A DNA stretch of 64,000 bases from NCBI RefSeq assembly GCF_004010195.1, contig NC_057719.1:13175277-13239276 (forward strand). Reading direction: 5' to 3'. The position numbers and the translations under genes are program-made. Under the pieces are notes generated by a model, which was not told where the DNA came from, searched no databases, and saw only the letters and a list, made by a program, of their open reading frames with translations. Shown in pieces: positions 26,522 through 40,393 of the stretch. This DNA is from Chiloscyllium plagiosum. Its lineage: Eukaryota. Every line of letters begins with the position of its first letter. Position 1 is the stretch's first letter.

Positions 26522-28019
26522 TTAGCAATGACACTACCATTACACCACTGTCTCCCCCTCAAAACTCATGTCCCATTCAGCACTGTAGTTTAAAATGTAC
26601 AGTTTAAATTGAAATGTCAGCTCAAGCTTGTGTCACAAACATTAACTGGTGCACGAGATACACGGCAGGAGCGAAGTTCAATGCTGTGCTGACTTCATGG
26701 TGTAGGAGGGAGGTGGTGAATGGTGAGTGAGTAATCTACTCTCCACATGAAAGGTGGATAATCAGAGAAGCTGGTCATCATATACCCACGTTCTCATGAA
26801 TGCTAGTCACTACACGAAGGGCAGTGGAGGCTTAGGTAACATTGTACACTCCGACTGAGAACATCACCGTGGAAACATGTCGTTTGTACATCCCTCGAGA
26901 TTTTAAAGACCTCAGCGTTTGTTTCTAAGAGTTCATGGGGGAAGGAGGCAGCAGTGGGTCTAAGTGTCTGACCACCATTCAGAAAGGAAAGGCCTCCATT
27001 CCTTTCCCAATTTTGAAGACACTCCCCCAGACTTTAACAGAGCAGACCGAACAACATCACGGGAGGATAACAAAAGCTAACAATTCAGAACCCTCAATGT
27101 GACATGTTCAAATCAGGGACAGGTTCTTGATGTGGAACTGCTCGTGAGCCAGTTTTCCAGGCTTGTGAGCTGAGCCCATTTTGCAAACTCAGTTTCCCCA
27201 CCCAGTTCCCCTAATGGTTCTGATGATATAGTCAGGCTGGCAATTCATCCTGCTCCTAACCTGGATTAGTTTTGTAAGGCCGCACTGTTCCTTCTCACTG
27301 AGACTGTGAGCGAGCAGACATTCATCACGCTGGACACCTAGCCTTACCTTTCATTCCATCTGGGAACAATTCTGTCGGCAGCAAGTTTATTTTAAGAAGG
27401 AGAATAAGGTCACAAGCCAGCAAGTAAGAGAGACAAAATATACCTCATCTAAAATAGTGCTGATAATTACCATCCTTATACAATTTCTTAATGGTTAATT
27501 AGTCTGAAAAGCTCCAGGTGTGTGGTTAAAGCAGATTAAAGCGTTATTTATTCGCCATTAGTAGTTCACACAGAACTCTCCGAATCCATTAACAGATTAT
27601 AGTGCCCACTCTCAGTTTATAGCTCTGCTGATCCTTTCAAAATTTTCTTTTCACCAGGGCCTGCCTATTACTGCAAGTTCCTTTTGCTTTGCAGTGCAGT
27701 CTCCTTAGCAACTTCTCAATGCTGCAATCTGCTTCTTATTTATTCAGTGCTCTGATGCTCTTAGCAAGACCCTTCAATCAGTTTCCAGTCACTTATAGGT
27801 TCCAGCTGCTCTCTCTTCTGTTCAGTGTACCTTTGTGGTGGTGCCCTGAATTGGACGGGTGTTGGGCTAACTGTCAGTCTGCAGCAGGTTGGGTTCCACA
27901 GAGCTGGCCAATTTCCCTTGCTTCTTCTCTGCGCTCCACCACCCCGCTCCCATTCTCCACCACCTCGCCCCCTCCTCCATCATCACCCCTGAGACCCCAG
28001 CAGCAAGTTCTGGGACACA

Positions 28020-28268
28020 TAGAAATAGAGAACTATAGAATACAGGTGCATTCAGCCCCGCACCACCATTCAGTATGATCATGCCATCCCAGTATCCCGT
28101 TCCCACTTTCTTTCCAATATCCCTTGATTCCTTTAGCCAAATTGAGCTCCCTCTTGAATATAACAAACTGGCCCCAACAGCTTTCTGGGGGAGAGAATTC
28201 CACAGCTTCACATCTCTGGGAGTGAAGAAATTCTTCCTCATCTTAGTCCTAAATGCTTTACCCCTTAT
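28020..28268 (-). mobile_element. CR1 3' fragment
   Basis: FRTKMRKNFFTPRDVKLWNSLPQKAV. Confidence 0.8.
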
Positions 28269-28574
28269 TGACACAGTGGGAGTTCAGCTGCAGTATAAGG
28301 TCATGTGCTGAAGGGGTTAATAATTATAGTATTTTGGCTCCACCAACTCTGAGAAAGGTTACACACAAGCATTTGATTTGAGGTTTTTGGTTAGAGAGCA
28401 CTTGTACCAGCTCCCTACGGTCCCAGTAATTATGCCTGACCAAATTTAGTTGTAGTTATTTTATTATGTAATTACATGCTCGAGAACCTAACCAATCACC
28501 TTCCCTTCAGTTTAAGGTCAGAAATTGGGATCTTCACTGGGGCTCAAATGTTCAGTGCCATTCGCAACTCCTTG

Positions 28575-29090
28575 GATACTCAAGCAGTCCATGCCCCATG
28601 CAGCAAGACTGAGGCAATATCTAGGTTTGGGCCAAATGAGAAGTAGCATTCACACTACCAGAGTGCTGGGCAATGACCTTCTCCAGCAAGAGAGACCTTC
28701 TTCAACCATTGCCTCAAGATATTCATTTGTATTATCATCACTAAATCTCTCACTATCAACATCCCGGGGGGCTAGCATTGACCAGAAACTGAACTTGACT
28801 TGCCAAGTTAGCACAATAGCTACAAGAGCAGTTGACAGGAAATGGTGCAGGCAGGTGGCTCAACTCCTGACTCCTCAAAACTATCGACAAGGCACAGGTG
28901 AGGAGTGTAATGGAATACTCCCCACTTACCTGGATGGGTGCAGCTTCCATGCCAGAAATAAAATGTGTTTGGCCCAGCATTCAGATGCATTCACCCCCTC
29001 TACCACTGATGCTCAGGAGCAGCAGTGTTTACCACCTACAAGATATGCAGCAGAAATTCAATGAAACTCCCTCTCCTCTATCCTCTGGTG
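28575..29090 (+). mobile_element. LINE fragment, family of 37790-39460
   Basis: IDQKLN and RSVMEYSPLTWMGA match 38800-39300. Confidence 0.75.
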
Positions 29091-29104
29091 AGAAAAGATG
29101 TAGA

Positions 29105-29281
29105 CAGAGGTACTTTGATTATCCAGCACTCGATTATCCAGCACTCGATTATCTGAATTTCGAATTATCCGGCAAGATCGCAAGGTCCCAATGCTTGGCC
29201 AAACTATTTGGTTATCCAGAATTCGATTCACCGAATGAAATACTCCCTGCCCATGTCCTTCAGATAATCGAGGTTCCTCTG
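29105..29281. mobile_element. Tigger/pogo-like MITE
   Basis: TIRs cagaggtactttgattatc / gataatcgaggttcctctg followed by TA; internal 15-bp repeats. Confidence 0.85.
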
Positions 29282-29521
29282 TAAACAAAGCCTGTGCCTT
29301 GGGCCTGCTGGCAGCAATAATAGGTGGGTTAGTTCCACTTCCACTTACCAATGCTCTCCATTATTCACCTCAGGTCAAATCAAAATATGGCTTTCCTTTG
29401 ACTATTCTATTTTCCTAAGAATTTGTACTTAGGTACCTTTGTATTTAAGATGGTGCTGTAAGTGGCAACTTGTAAATTTTTCACTCATTTGAGTACATTT
29501 GACAATAAAGCTAATTATAAA

Positions 29522-29732
29522 CAGGCATCCCCCACTTTTTGAAAGCTCGCTTTACGCCACTATGAAAGACCTACATTAGTACCTGTTTTCGTGAATCCAA
29601 AGAGGATTTCCGCCTTTATGATAAAAGGTGAAATTTTTCCCAAATAAATGAATGCATCTTCGCTTTACATCATTTTGGCTTACAAAACGTTTCATAGGAA
29701 CGGCTGTACTTTTGGATAGTGGGGGATACTTG
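29522..29732. mobile_element. Tigger/pogo-like MITE, second family
   Basis: TIRs caggcatcccccact / agtgggggatacttg. Confidence 0.75.
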
Positions 29733-31464
29733 TTGTTAGCTCTTGACCAAGCCTTTATTTTCACATCTTCCACGCTGAGATTCTGAATTTCCTTTCAAGA
29801 TTACGGCCACCTATCGTTCTAGATTTCTGAAGCAGAGGATATCTGCAAAGTAAAATAGCCACTTGACAGGAGGTCAAATTGGACTTCTTTAGTTTTCAGA
29901 AGGTTTGAATTGGCCATAGTCTAGCTACACTGTCCTTTCTCTCTTGCGAAAGAATAAAAGTTCAAATTATCCATTTGTTAGCCGCCCAACCAATGTTTTG
30001 TCCCAGTTAATTGAGCTGGTGACTCATATTGTCTTTAGCTGGTGTCAAATCTAAGGCAAGTTTTATAATGGACTGCTTATATTTTGACAATCTCCTTCTA
30101 AGTGGTCTGTGGGCTGTTTTCCTTGATCTTTGTAATTCAAGCTGAACATACTTCATCTGTAAATCTAAGATGCTCTGAATCAGTATCAAATAATTTCCTT
30201 GTAACCCACAACAATGACGATGTCTGCACTTTCAATCATCAAAGGCCATTTTTAACAAGTTCCAGTGCTGTCATTAACTTCCTTATAATAGAAGTTCATT
30301 GCAGTTGGAACTAGGGGAAGCTAAAATCAAGGATATATTTACTCTTAACCCACACAATGCCAGAGACTCATAGACATTTACAGCACTGAAGGATGTCATT
30401 CAGCTAATCATCTCTGTGCGGGGCAACTAAAATCTGATATACTAGATTAGATACACTACTTCCATTTCAGATGTTTGGCCCATAGCCCTGGAGGCCATGT
30501 CCATGTGAGTGAATATCGAAACAATGCTTCAATATCCTGTAGCGTTCTGGGCCAACATGCCTTCAGGCAGAGGGTTGCAGACCGCCAAACATTGTCTGAA
30601 TGAAAATAAAAATCTCTCAACACTCCTCTAACTTCAAAGTGCAGCTCTCTGCACTTGGAGTGACCCTTTTCTGAGGAGAGAAGTCCATCCTCTGAATTGT
30701 CTTATTGAGGTTATCGGATGTTGGTCAACAGTTTGCATCAAATAAGCTGCTCTGCTATCTAATCAAGTTAATTGAGGGCATGTGTCTTTTGCCTTGAGTT
30801 GCCATTCTTGTTTGTATATCTCTAGCTGTCTTTTCACAACTTGTGACATGCTCCACCTTTCCGTTCATCTCCGCGTCCTCCGTGCATGTCAGTGGTACAG
30901 AGTTCCCTGTTATCTCCACAGAAAGAATCATCCACTTCTGATCATTGAGCTCTGTGCTCGCGACATCCATGAACTTCTGAGTGTAAAATGGGGAAGCTGT
31001 TCAGCTTGGAATTCTGCGGTTTTGCCAGTGGGTCTGCGAGCGATCTTTACTTTGTCACATGTTAAGTCATTTACTACTAGCGCTGCCTGCTGGGTTCACT
31101 GTCACAAGGCTAATTCTGTATTTGCTTCCAATTAGGTTAACCACGTTTCTCTGAGACTGATGATTGCACAGAATTAAACCGTCAGCTTCATGTCAATTTG
31201 CAGCAAATTGTAAGTATCTTGGTGCTGTGAACTTTCCCCTCCTGCTATGCAGTGGTTTGAAGTTGCCCAAAACTAAGCCGTTAACTTTCTCGGGGAACAA
31301 TCTTTAAACTTGCTCGAAACCAGATCTGAATCCGGCATCTCCCACCTTTTCCACATCACTAGCACTGATTTGACACCATTTTAGATAAGAGGTATATAGA
31401 CCCGCACACTGTTTTGTCACAAACACAGGAAATGCTGGAGAAGCTCAGCAGATCGGTAAGAATC

Positions 31465-32620
31465 TCGCAACATAAGACACAGGAGACAGAAGTAGGCCAT
31501 TCAGCCCATCAGGTGTGCTCTCATTTAATGAAATCATGGTTGATAATCTTCAACTCCACTTCCCCCATAATCTTTGATTCTATTACTGACTAAAATCAAG
31601 AGTCTGTTTCAACCTTGAAGTTACTTAATAAGCAAACCTCAACAGTGCTTTGCGGTAAAGAATTCCACAAATGCACTACATATTTGTCTTCATATTCATC
31701 TTAAATGTATGACCCATTATTCTGAGATGATGTCCTCTCGTCTGAGACTCTCCAACAAAGGGAAACAAACCCTTTACCTTGTCAAGTGCCCGAAAAACCA
31801 CATTTCAAAAAATGTTCACATCACATTCTTCTATATTCCAGTGAGAACAAGCTCAACTTACTCAACATCTCCTCATAAGACAGTACCACCATACCTGGGA
31901 ACATTTTGGGACTGCCTTCAATGCCAGTATATATTTCCTTGGATAAGGGGCCAAAACTGGTCACAATATTCCACATTTAGTGCCTTGGATAGTTTTAACA
32001 ATGCATCCCTACCTTTTTATTCCATTCCTTCGGGTGGCACGGTGGGTCAGTGGTTAGCACTGCTGCCTCACAGTGCCAGGAACTGGGTTCAATTCCCACC
32101 TTGGGCAACTGTCTGTGTGGAGTTCCCCCGAGTCTGTATGGGTTTCCTCCGGGTGCTCCGGTTTCCTCCCACAGTCCAAAGATGTGCAGGTCAGGTGAAT
32201 TGGCCATGCTAAATTGCCTGTAGAGATAGGTGCATTAGTTAGGGGGAATGTGTCTGGGTGGGTTACTCTTCAGAGGGTCGGGATGGGCCAAAGGGCCTGT
32301 TTCCCCACTGTAGGGAATCTAATCTAATCCTTTGAAAATAAAGGCCAATACTCCTTTTGACTCCTCTACTATCTACTGAACTTGGACGTTAACATGTTGT
32401 GGAATCCCAAATCTTTGTGTTCTGTAGCTGTCTGCAGTCTTTCTCCATTTAAATAATATTCAGCTCCTCTATTCTTCCTTCCAAAGTGCACAGCCCCTCA
32501 TTTTCCACATTACGTTCCATTTGTCAAGTTTTTGCGTACTCACTTAACCAGCCTATATTCCTCTGCAGACTCTTTGTCCCATCCTCGCCACTTGCTTTCT
32601 CATCTATTTTTGTGTCATCC
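31465..32620 (-). mobile_element. Degraded CR1 3' part interrupted by an HE1 SINE (+, 32032-32328)
   Basis: CR1 3' UTR and RT C-terminal relics on both sides of a clear SINE. Confidence 0.8.
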
Positions 32621-32621
32621 G

Positions 32622-33165
32622 CCCTGGCAGCATCTGGGGAGAGATAAGCAGAGTTAATGTTTTGAATCCTGTGTGGCTGTTCTTCAAAATAAGTGGCATT
32701 ATGGCTCGGTGGTTAGCACTGCTGCCTCACAGCCCCAGGGACCTGGGTTTGATCCCACCTTCAGGTGTCTGTGAAGTTTGTACATTCACCCTGTGTCTGT
32801 GTGGGTCTTCTCTGGGCTGCTCTGGTTTCTGCTTACAGTCCAAAGATACGCAGGTTAGGTGGATTGGCCATGCTAAATTGCCCAGTGTGCGCAGGCTAGG
32901 TGGACTAGCCATGGTAGGTGCATCATTACAGGGATGGGGTGGGTTTGTGTGGAATGCTGCCTAGAGGGTTGGTGTGGGCTTGATGGGCTGAAGGGCCTGC
33001 TTCCACACTGTAGCGTGAAAGTGTCTTCTGCTGAAGTAGAGTCTGACTGGACTCTAAATTGTATTTTTGGTTCTCTTTCCCCAGATGCTGACAGACTTGC
33101 TGACTTTCTCCAGCAATTTCTGTTCCTGTTGTAGATTTCCAGTATCCACAATATTTCACTTTTGC
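32622..33165. mobile_element. Old foldback PLE pLTR pair with an HE1 SINE (+, 32693-33013) in the middle
   Basis: ctggcagcatctggggagaga / tctctttccccagatgctgacag inverted arms. Confidence 0.6.
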
Positions 33166-35349
33166 CTTACTTTGACAGTCTGAGGCTGATTTGAACAGCG
33201 AGCTGTAGGCAGTGTGCAAACGCATTCATCAACCCAGGTTTCAAGCTCAGGGGTAATTTAATTCCTGGCCTCCAGTCCAACACCGGCATGTCCACATCAT
33301 GTTTGCTCTGCGAGAGCCTTTCTGTTAGACCCTCACGCACACTAGGCCCCTGAAGAAAATGCACGCAGTTTGAAGATATGGATGGCAGCACACATCACAA
33401 TCCTCAAGTCTAACTCAGAGATCAAGCAGTTGAGTCAAGATCTTGAAGAGTCGGAACAAAAGCCTCACTGGTGTTGTAATGATATTTTAATGTTTGATGT
33501 TTTTAACACGAACTGTAAACATAATGTCAATCAATATTTATTGAATGTGGTGGTAACATCCCCAGGTAGAACATAAATACTCAACCAATATTTTTCTCAC
33601 ATTGAGAGGACCAAAACTTGGAACAACTTCTGATCGTTTCTTTTCAGAGTACGATAAAAACGCTGAAGTAGTACGCTGAGTGAAGGCAATTAAATCTACC
33701 AGTGTGGGGCAGGAAAGCTCTTATTGATACAGTCTGACTGCTGGTGGGAAGTAACTGCATTGAAAATGATTGACTTATCACTAATTAGCAGTGATTTATT
33801 TTGAAATTCAGCCAGCATTGTGATGTAGGCAAAAAAAAAACAAACGAGCCATTACAGTGTAAAAAACTGCAGATCTGAGGAATGATTCATGGTATGGTTA
33901 GGTGAAGGAGCAACAGCCCACACATTTTAGGAATTCCCTACTATTCTTCGAAGGGGCTACTTCCAGTGTCCAGCTAAAGAGATGTAGCTTGCCTCAGTAA
34001 TTCACTTCGTCGAGGGCAATTCTGAAAATGCAGCACTTCCTTCTTATTGCGATGGATTGAGACTTGAGACTCTGAGCTTGATACCTCCTGTCACGCTGAA
34101 AACCACGCCATTTAGCCTCAGAGGAGAAGATACTATTAACTCAACCAAGAAGAGAGAGACGACTGCTTCCCATTTGCGAACCGATCTGCCTTGCAAGATT
34201 ATGAGGAGCTGGCGTAGGTCATCCAGCCCCTACACTATCATTCAATAAGGTCATGCTTGGTCTGATTGTATCCTTAGCTCCACTGTCCTACCTCCTTCCT
34301 CCCCAGAATAGTTGACTCCCTGTCAATCAAAGACACAGCTCATTTGCCATTAGCCCTGGGTCTCTGTTTGGATGGATTGAAAATTAAATGAGAATAAACA
34401 GGGGCTCAGCATCAATTATTGGTTGAAGAGGAGGTTTTCAGTGTAGCACCCTCACTGGGATGGCTCAGAGCATTGAGTGACAAAGACCAGGCATCCTGAA
34501 TGCTGCTTATTTTTAACTATCTTTGCCCTTCATAAATTTATGCATCTCAATCTTTTCCACTCCAAGGAAATGAGCTGAGCCTGTCTGACCTCTCTTCATA
34601 ATGAAAACCCATCGAGTGTGCTCCGCTGTAGCAGCTTCCATGCACTAAGGGGTATTGCACAAACCAGATGGGGTCATACAGTAATCAGGGACACATCAGG
34701 TCTAGTGAATAATGTATCTGTCAGCTTCGCCCTTTTTGATCCCAAGGATAATTTGTGGCAGTGATTTTGAGGCCTTGATTGCTGGAATGGCAGGCTTTAC
34801 AGAGGCGTTCCGTCGTCATAAAATGCAGCCCAGGAGGCCACATATACAGCCCGGTGGATCAGCGGAATACAGTGAATAAATATACACAATGCTAAGTACA
34901 GGATGCTGATGGAATACTGCAGGTGCTCACTGAAGGGTACATTGCATTTCTGAGTGGCAGATCTGATTGTAGCCTGCTGTGTTTCTATATCTGAGAACAG
35001 CTGTTTCTGACAGAAGTCTGTACACACAATACATTAATAAAGTGGATTTTGAATTTGAAAACTAATCTCATGCAATGAGGTTCAAAATAAAACAATAAAA
35101 ATCTGTTGTACTCTGCAGCTCCGAAAATGAGGAGCAATTATGTCTCGCAGAAACCTTGCAGTCAAACCGACACCATTTTTCTCCCACATTTATTTCTATC
35201 GGTTTTTCTAATCTTTTTCCTTCTTTTGGAGCTGTTGTTGTTGATGAGCTTAGCAGAGAAATTGGTTGGGAGGGTGTGAGTGAGGCTAACTCATGACAGC
35301 TCTGAGTTATGACTGAATGAGTGTGATTTATGCCTCTGCCTCTGTATTT

Positions 35350-35810
35350 TAATACGCCTTCCTACTCCCTTTCCAACATGACCCAGCTTTGGCCTCCTCC
35401 ATTGCCACAATGAACCAAACTGCAACTTGGAGGAACAATACCTCATCTTCCACCTGGGCATCCTACAGCCCGGAGGACTCAACAATGAGTTCTTCAGTTT
35501 CAAATAACCGCCCTTCCCAGCCCCTCCCCCTCCCTTCCACTCCTCCCTCTCACCTTCCGGATTCATTCCTCCCATTGACCAACCAGGTCGTATCCTCTAC
35601 CTGTCTTCACTTATCACCACTTCACCACCTTGCCGCCCCCCCACCCCCACCTTTATCTGCAGCTCCCCCCACACCCACCCTCAACCCTGAAGAAGAGTTA
35701 CATCCGAAATGTCGACTTCTCCACCTCCTGATGCTGCCTGGCTTGCTGTGCTCTTCCAGCCTCCTGCCCGTCTACTTTGGATTCCAGCATCTGCAGTTTT
35801 TCTTTTTGTC
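35350..35810 (+). mobile_element. PLE 3' fragment (family B-like) with decayed HHR
   Basis: LEEQYLIFHLGILQPGGLNNEF; ctgaagaagagttacatccgaaatgtcgac. Confidence 0.8.
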
Positions 35811-36415
35811 TCTGTCTCTTTATCTTCAGGTTGTGGGTTCATATCCACTCCATGTAATTCAGGAAGATAATTGACTGTAATCTAGGCCTACATTCCTGGG
35901 TGGGTGCAGAGCAAGAGTGCAGTACATTCCAAGCTGCCATTCTGTGTGAGTAAAGAGGGATAATGCTGTGTAATGCAGGCGACACTGGATCTTTAGGGGC
36001 ACAGTTATTGAATCATTAAACTGAGCATCTGCGTGCTCTCTCAGGTCGATGTTACAGACCCCAATGAAAGCAGTGGAGATTCATCACATGGCCTGGCTCA
36101 AACCTACCCCTCAAATCAAGAAGAAGGATTGGAAAGATTGATCTCACAAAAACCCAGATGTTGTTGGTAAGATCTTGCTGGGTGCTAACTTTCACACAAT
36201 ATAACAGTGACCTCTCATCTCATCAAAGCATCTGAGATTCTGCAGGGGTTTGACAGGATTTACATTGTAAGGATGTTACCCTGGCTGGGGAATTGAAAGT
36301 AGATCTCAGGTCAGAGAACCTTGGGTTGGGATGAAGAGAAATTTCATCAACTAAAGTTTTTAGCATCTTTGGAATTCCCTACCTTGTACGGTTATGAGTG
36401 CTGCACTGTTGATTA

Positions 36416-36560
36416 CAGAGGAATCTCGATTATCTGAAGGACACAGACTGGGAGTATTTTGTTCATTTAATCCAGTACCTGATAACATAGTTAGCCAAGC
36501 CTCTTGTTCGGATAATCCGCAATCCAGTTAATCGAATGCTGGATGATCAAGGTTCCTCTG
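36416..36560. mobile_element. Tigger/pogo-like MITE (family of 29105, opposite orientation) inside a CR1 3' relic
   Basis: TA-cagaggaatctcgattatc...gatgatcaaggttcctctg-TA. Confidence 0.88.
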
Positions 36561-37123
36561 TATATTTAAGACCGAGATGAGCAGGTTTTTGGTCTGTCAG
36601 GGAGGCCTGCTCCTATTTTGAATATCTGGGCTAACCACTGGCCCGGATTCTGCAGCCATTAGTTCTACACCCTCATCAAGCGAGACTCAATATTTCCTCC
36701 CTCCTCAGACAGAGCATTGACACTTATTGTTTAACTACATCTTTCCTTTTACATTAATGATCCACTGAAAGAGGTGTTTGAACAATCATTTCAATTCATA
36801 ACACTTCACACAGCACTTTATATATTGAGAAAGGGGGAAATCTTGGTTATGACAACAGCCACTTGAAGTTTGATCTTAATTTATCCCTCATTCCTGATAT
36901 CATTTTAATGTACTAGGTCTCCTGAGGACCTCCACTATTTATAGTTTATCCCCATTTAGAAAGTACTCTGGTTCTTCCTTATTATGCCCAAATTGGATGC
37001 CCCCACATAAACTGGCTGTAGAAATGAGGCACTTTTACAAGAAGATAGGTCACAGCTGGACAGAGCTTCAGATTGAGTTCCTTGTGGGCTCTTTCACCAG
37101 TGCTTTTGCAAGAATTCTTTTTT

Positions 37124-37373
37124 AAGATTAGATTCCCTACAGTGTGGAAACAGGCCCTTCAGCCCAACCAGTCCACACCGACTCTCCGAAGAGTAACCCA
37201 TCCAGACCATTTCCCTTTGACTAATGCACCTAACACTATGGGCAATTCAGCATGGCCAATTCACCTAACCTGAACAGCTTTGGATTGTGGGAGGAAACCC
37301 ACAGACACGGGGAGAACCTGGGACCCTGGTGCTGTGAGGCAGCAGTGCTAACCACTGAGCCATTGTGCCGCCC
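37124..37373 (-). mobile_element. HE1/V-type SINE with internal deletions
   Basis: Matches 26213-26521. Confidence 0.88.
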
Positions 37374-37789
37374 GTACCATGTTGCCACTATCAATATTAG
37401 AGAAGATCGCCAGAGTGCAGAAAATATTGGAGCCACCAGAGAGCTCTGTTCAGAGCACGGGAGTTGTGAATGTTAAAAGGTAATGTTGGAGTAAAGAAGA
37501 ACGTAATGAATTTGAAATTAGGTTTATTGTACATCTCTGTGAATACACAATGTAATTAATAAAGTAGGGAAGATTACAGGCACAGATTGCAATGTGAAAA
37601 TATGATGTTGTGGCTATAACACAGACCTGGCTCAATCAGTAAGGGGATCCAGGTGTTAGAGAGAAAAAGGAGGAAAGGATTATCAGATTAGTCATGATCT
37701 TATTGAAAGGTGGAGCAGACATGATAGCCAAATAAGTCTTTACTACTAGGACTACCAACATGCCAAACAGCGGAAGTCAAAAAGTAACA

Positions 37790-39460
37790 GAGCTAAGTAA
37801 TCCCACAACTAATGGATCAGATCTAAGCTCTACTGTTCTGCCAAATCCAGTTGTGAATGGTGGTGGACAATTGAAAAACTCAGTGGGGGAGGAGGCTTCA
37901 CAAATATCCCCATTAGGGCGGTCCAGACATTAGTGCGAAATATTTGCTGCAATCTTCAGCCAGAATCGTCAAAGGGATGATCCTTCTTGGCCTCCTCCAG
38001 TGGTCCCCAGCATCTCAGATACCAGTCTCCTGCCAATTTGATGCACTCTGCATGTATCAAGAAATAGATAAGGCAAAGGCTACGGGCCATGACAACATTC
38101 CAGCAATAGTACTGAAGGCTTGTGATCCAGAGTTTGCCATGCCCCTAGCTGAGCTGTTCCAGTACAGTTACAACACTGGCATTGACCTGATAATGTGGCA
38201 AATTGTCCAGGTACATCCTGTACAAAAGAAAACAGGACAAATCCAACTCGACCAACTACTGCCCCATCAGCCCACACCCGGTCATCAGTAAAGTAAGGGA
38301 ACATGTCATCAACAGTGCTATCAAGCAGCACCTGCTCAGCAATAACCTGCTCAGTGATGCCCAGTTTGGGTTCAGCCAGGTCCACTCAGCTCCTGACCTC
38401 ATTACAGCCTTGGTTCAAACAAAAAAGCTGAATTCCAGAAATGAAGTGAGAGTGACAGCCCTTGGCATTTAGCTGCATTCAACCGAGTGTGGTTGAATTA
38501 ACGAGTCCTAGCAAAACTGGAATCGATGACTTTTAGGGGCAAACTCTTTGCTGATCGGTGTCATATCTGGCTGATAGGAAGTTGGTTGTGGTTGTTGCAG
38601 TTCAGTCAGCTCTGCTCCAGGCCATCCCTGCAGGAGTTCCTCAGGATAGTGTCCTAGGCCCAGCCATCTTCAGCTGCTTCATCAATGACCTTCCCTCCAT
38701 CGCAATGTCAGAAGTGACAATTTTTGCCAATGATTGCACAATGCTCAGTACCATTTGTGACTCCTCAGATGTGGAAGCAGTCCATATTCAAATGGAACAA
38801 GAACTGGACAACATCCATGGTTGGAATAACAATTGGCAATTAGTATTCTCACCACCAGGTTCTGGTCATCTCCAACAAAAAAAATCTAACTATTGCTCCT
38901 TGATCTTCAATGACATTGGTGTCACTGAATCCCTCACAATCAACATCCTGGAGGTTATCAGTGACCAAAAACTGAACTAGACTCATCACATAAACACATT
39001 GGCTACAAGAGCAGGTCAGAAACCAGGAATATTGAAATGAACAACTCATTCCTGACTTCCCAAAGCTTGCCCACCATTTGCAAGGCACAACTGAGGAGTG
39101 TGATTGAATACCCTCCACTTGATGGGTGCAGTCCCAACAACACTCAAGAAGCTTGATACCATCCAGGACAAAGCAGCCTGCTCAATTGGCACCACATCCA
39201 CAAACGTGCAGTCCCTCCACCATCGACACTCAGTAGCAGCAACATGTACCATCTAAAAGGTGCACTGCAAAAATTCATCATGGCTCCTCAGACAGCATCT
39301 TCCAAAGCCATGACCACTTCCACCGAGAAGGACAAGGGTAGCAGAGAAAGGGAACACCACCACCTTCAAGTTCCCTTCCAAGCCGCTCACCATCCTGACT
39401 TGAAAATATCTGACCGTACTTTCAATGTCATTGGGACTTAAATCCTGGAATTTCTTCCCT
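37790..39460 (+). mobile_element. CR1/L2-clade LINE RT relic, distinct family
   Basis: KATGHDNIP, NYCPIS, AQFGF, GVPQDSVLGPAIFSCFINDLP, IFAND; frameshifted. Confidence 0.92.
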
Positions 39461-39779
39461 AATGGGAAGAGCAGAGTTTTGATGTTAGGGGATTTGCCAA
39501 CACTGTTACCTAACCATGCTGTTGACGATTTATAGCACTGTTCTGATAGTTTGTTGAGAAACTGTAGTTTAGAGATGATACATTGGTTAGTAGTCAAGAA
39601 AGGAAATATATAACCCATGACAGATGCTTCACTGATCCTGTATTTGTTCTGTAAAATGGAGACTTGGAGGCAGCACACTCCCGTGTGTCTTGCATCTTTT
39701 CATTGTCGCCTTTGGTGGCAGCTCAGTTTGATCTTCCCTTGGGCTGATGTAAGAGAACTCCTGGTCTTCTGTCAAGAAG

Positions 39780-40240
39780 ATAGTAGCTAGGCATAGCCTC
39801 AAAATAAGGGGGAGCAGATTCAGAACTGAGTTGAGGAGGAACTTCTTCACCCAAAGGGTTGTGAACCTGTGGAATTCCTTGCCCAGTGAAGCAGTTGAGG
39901 TTGCCTCGCTGAATGTCTTTAAGGCAAAGATAGATCTGTGAACAGTAAAGGAATTAAGTGTTACGGTGAGTGGGTGGGTAAGTGGAGCTGAGGCTACAAC
40001 AAAATCAGCCATGATTTTATTGAACGGTGGAGCAGACTCAAGGGGCCAGATGGCCTTCTCCTGCTCCTATGTTCTTATGTTCTCTTGCATTATGTTCTCT
40101 ACACATTCAAAGAACAAAGAACAATACAGCACAGGAATAGGCCCTTTAGCCCTCCAAGCCTGCGCCAACACATTTTGCCCTTCCATACTAAGACTGCCTT
40201 CACTTATAGAGTCCGTATCCCTCTATTCCCTTCCTGTTCA
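39780..40240. mobile_element. Two CR1 3' ends tail-to-tail (+ 39780-40085, - 40105-40240)
   Basis: RNFFTQRVVNLWNSLP; cctatgttcttatgtt and aaagaacaaagaac tails. Confidence 0.75.
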
Positions 40241-40393
40241 TGTCCCCTGTCTCTCCCCAGCTTTCCCTATTGATATACATTGTTTTGGGGGTTGGCTATC
40301 TCTGCTATGTCAATCATTTGTCTGACCCTCTCAGAGAATAACCAGAGCCATCTACTCACCACATTGTCCTCTTGCCGGCCCTCATCGGAAGGT

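Noticed and set aside
39703..39722. CTCF site (gtcgcctttggtggcag)
   Set aside because: One base short of the consensus spacing; weak match.
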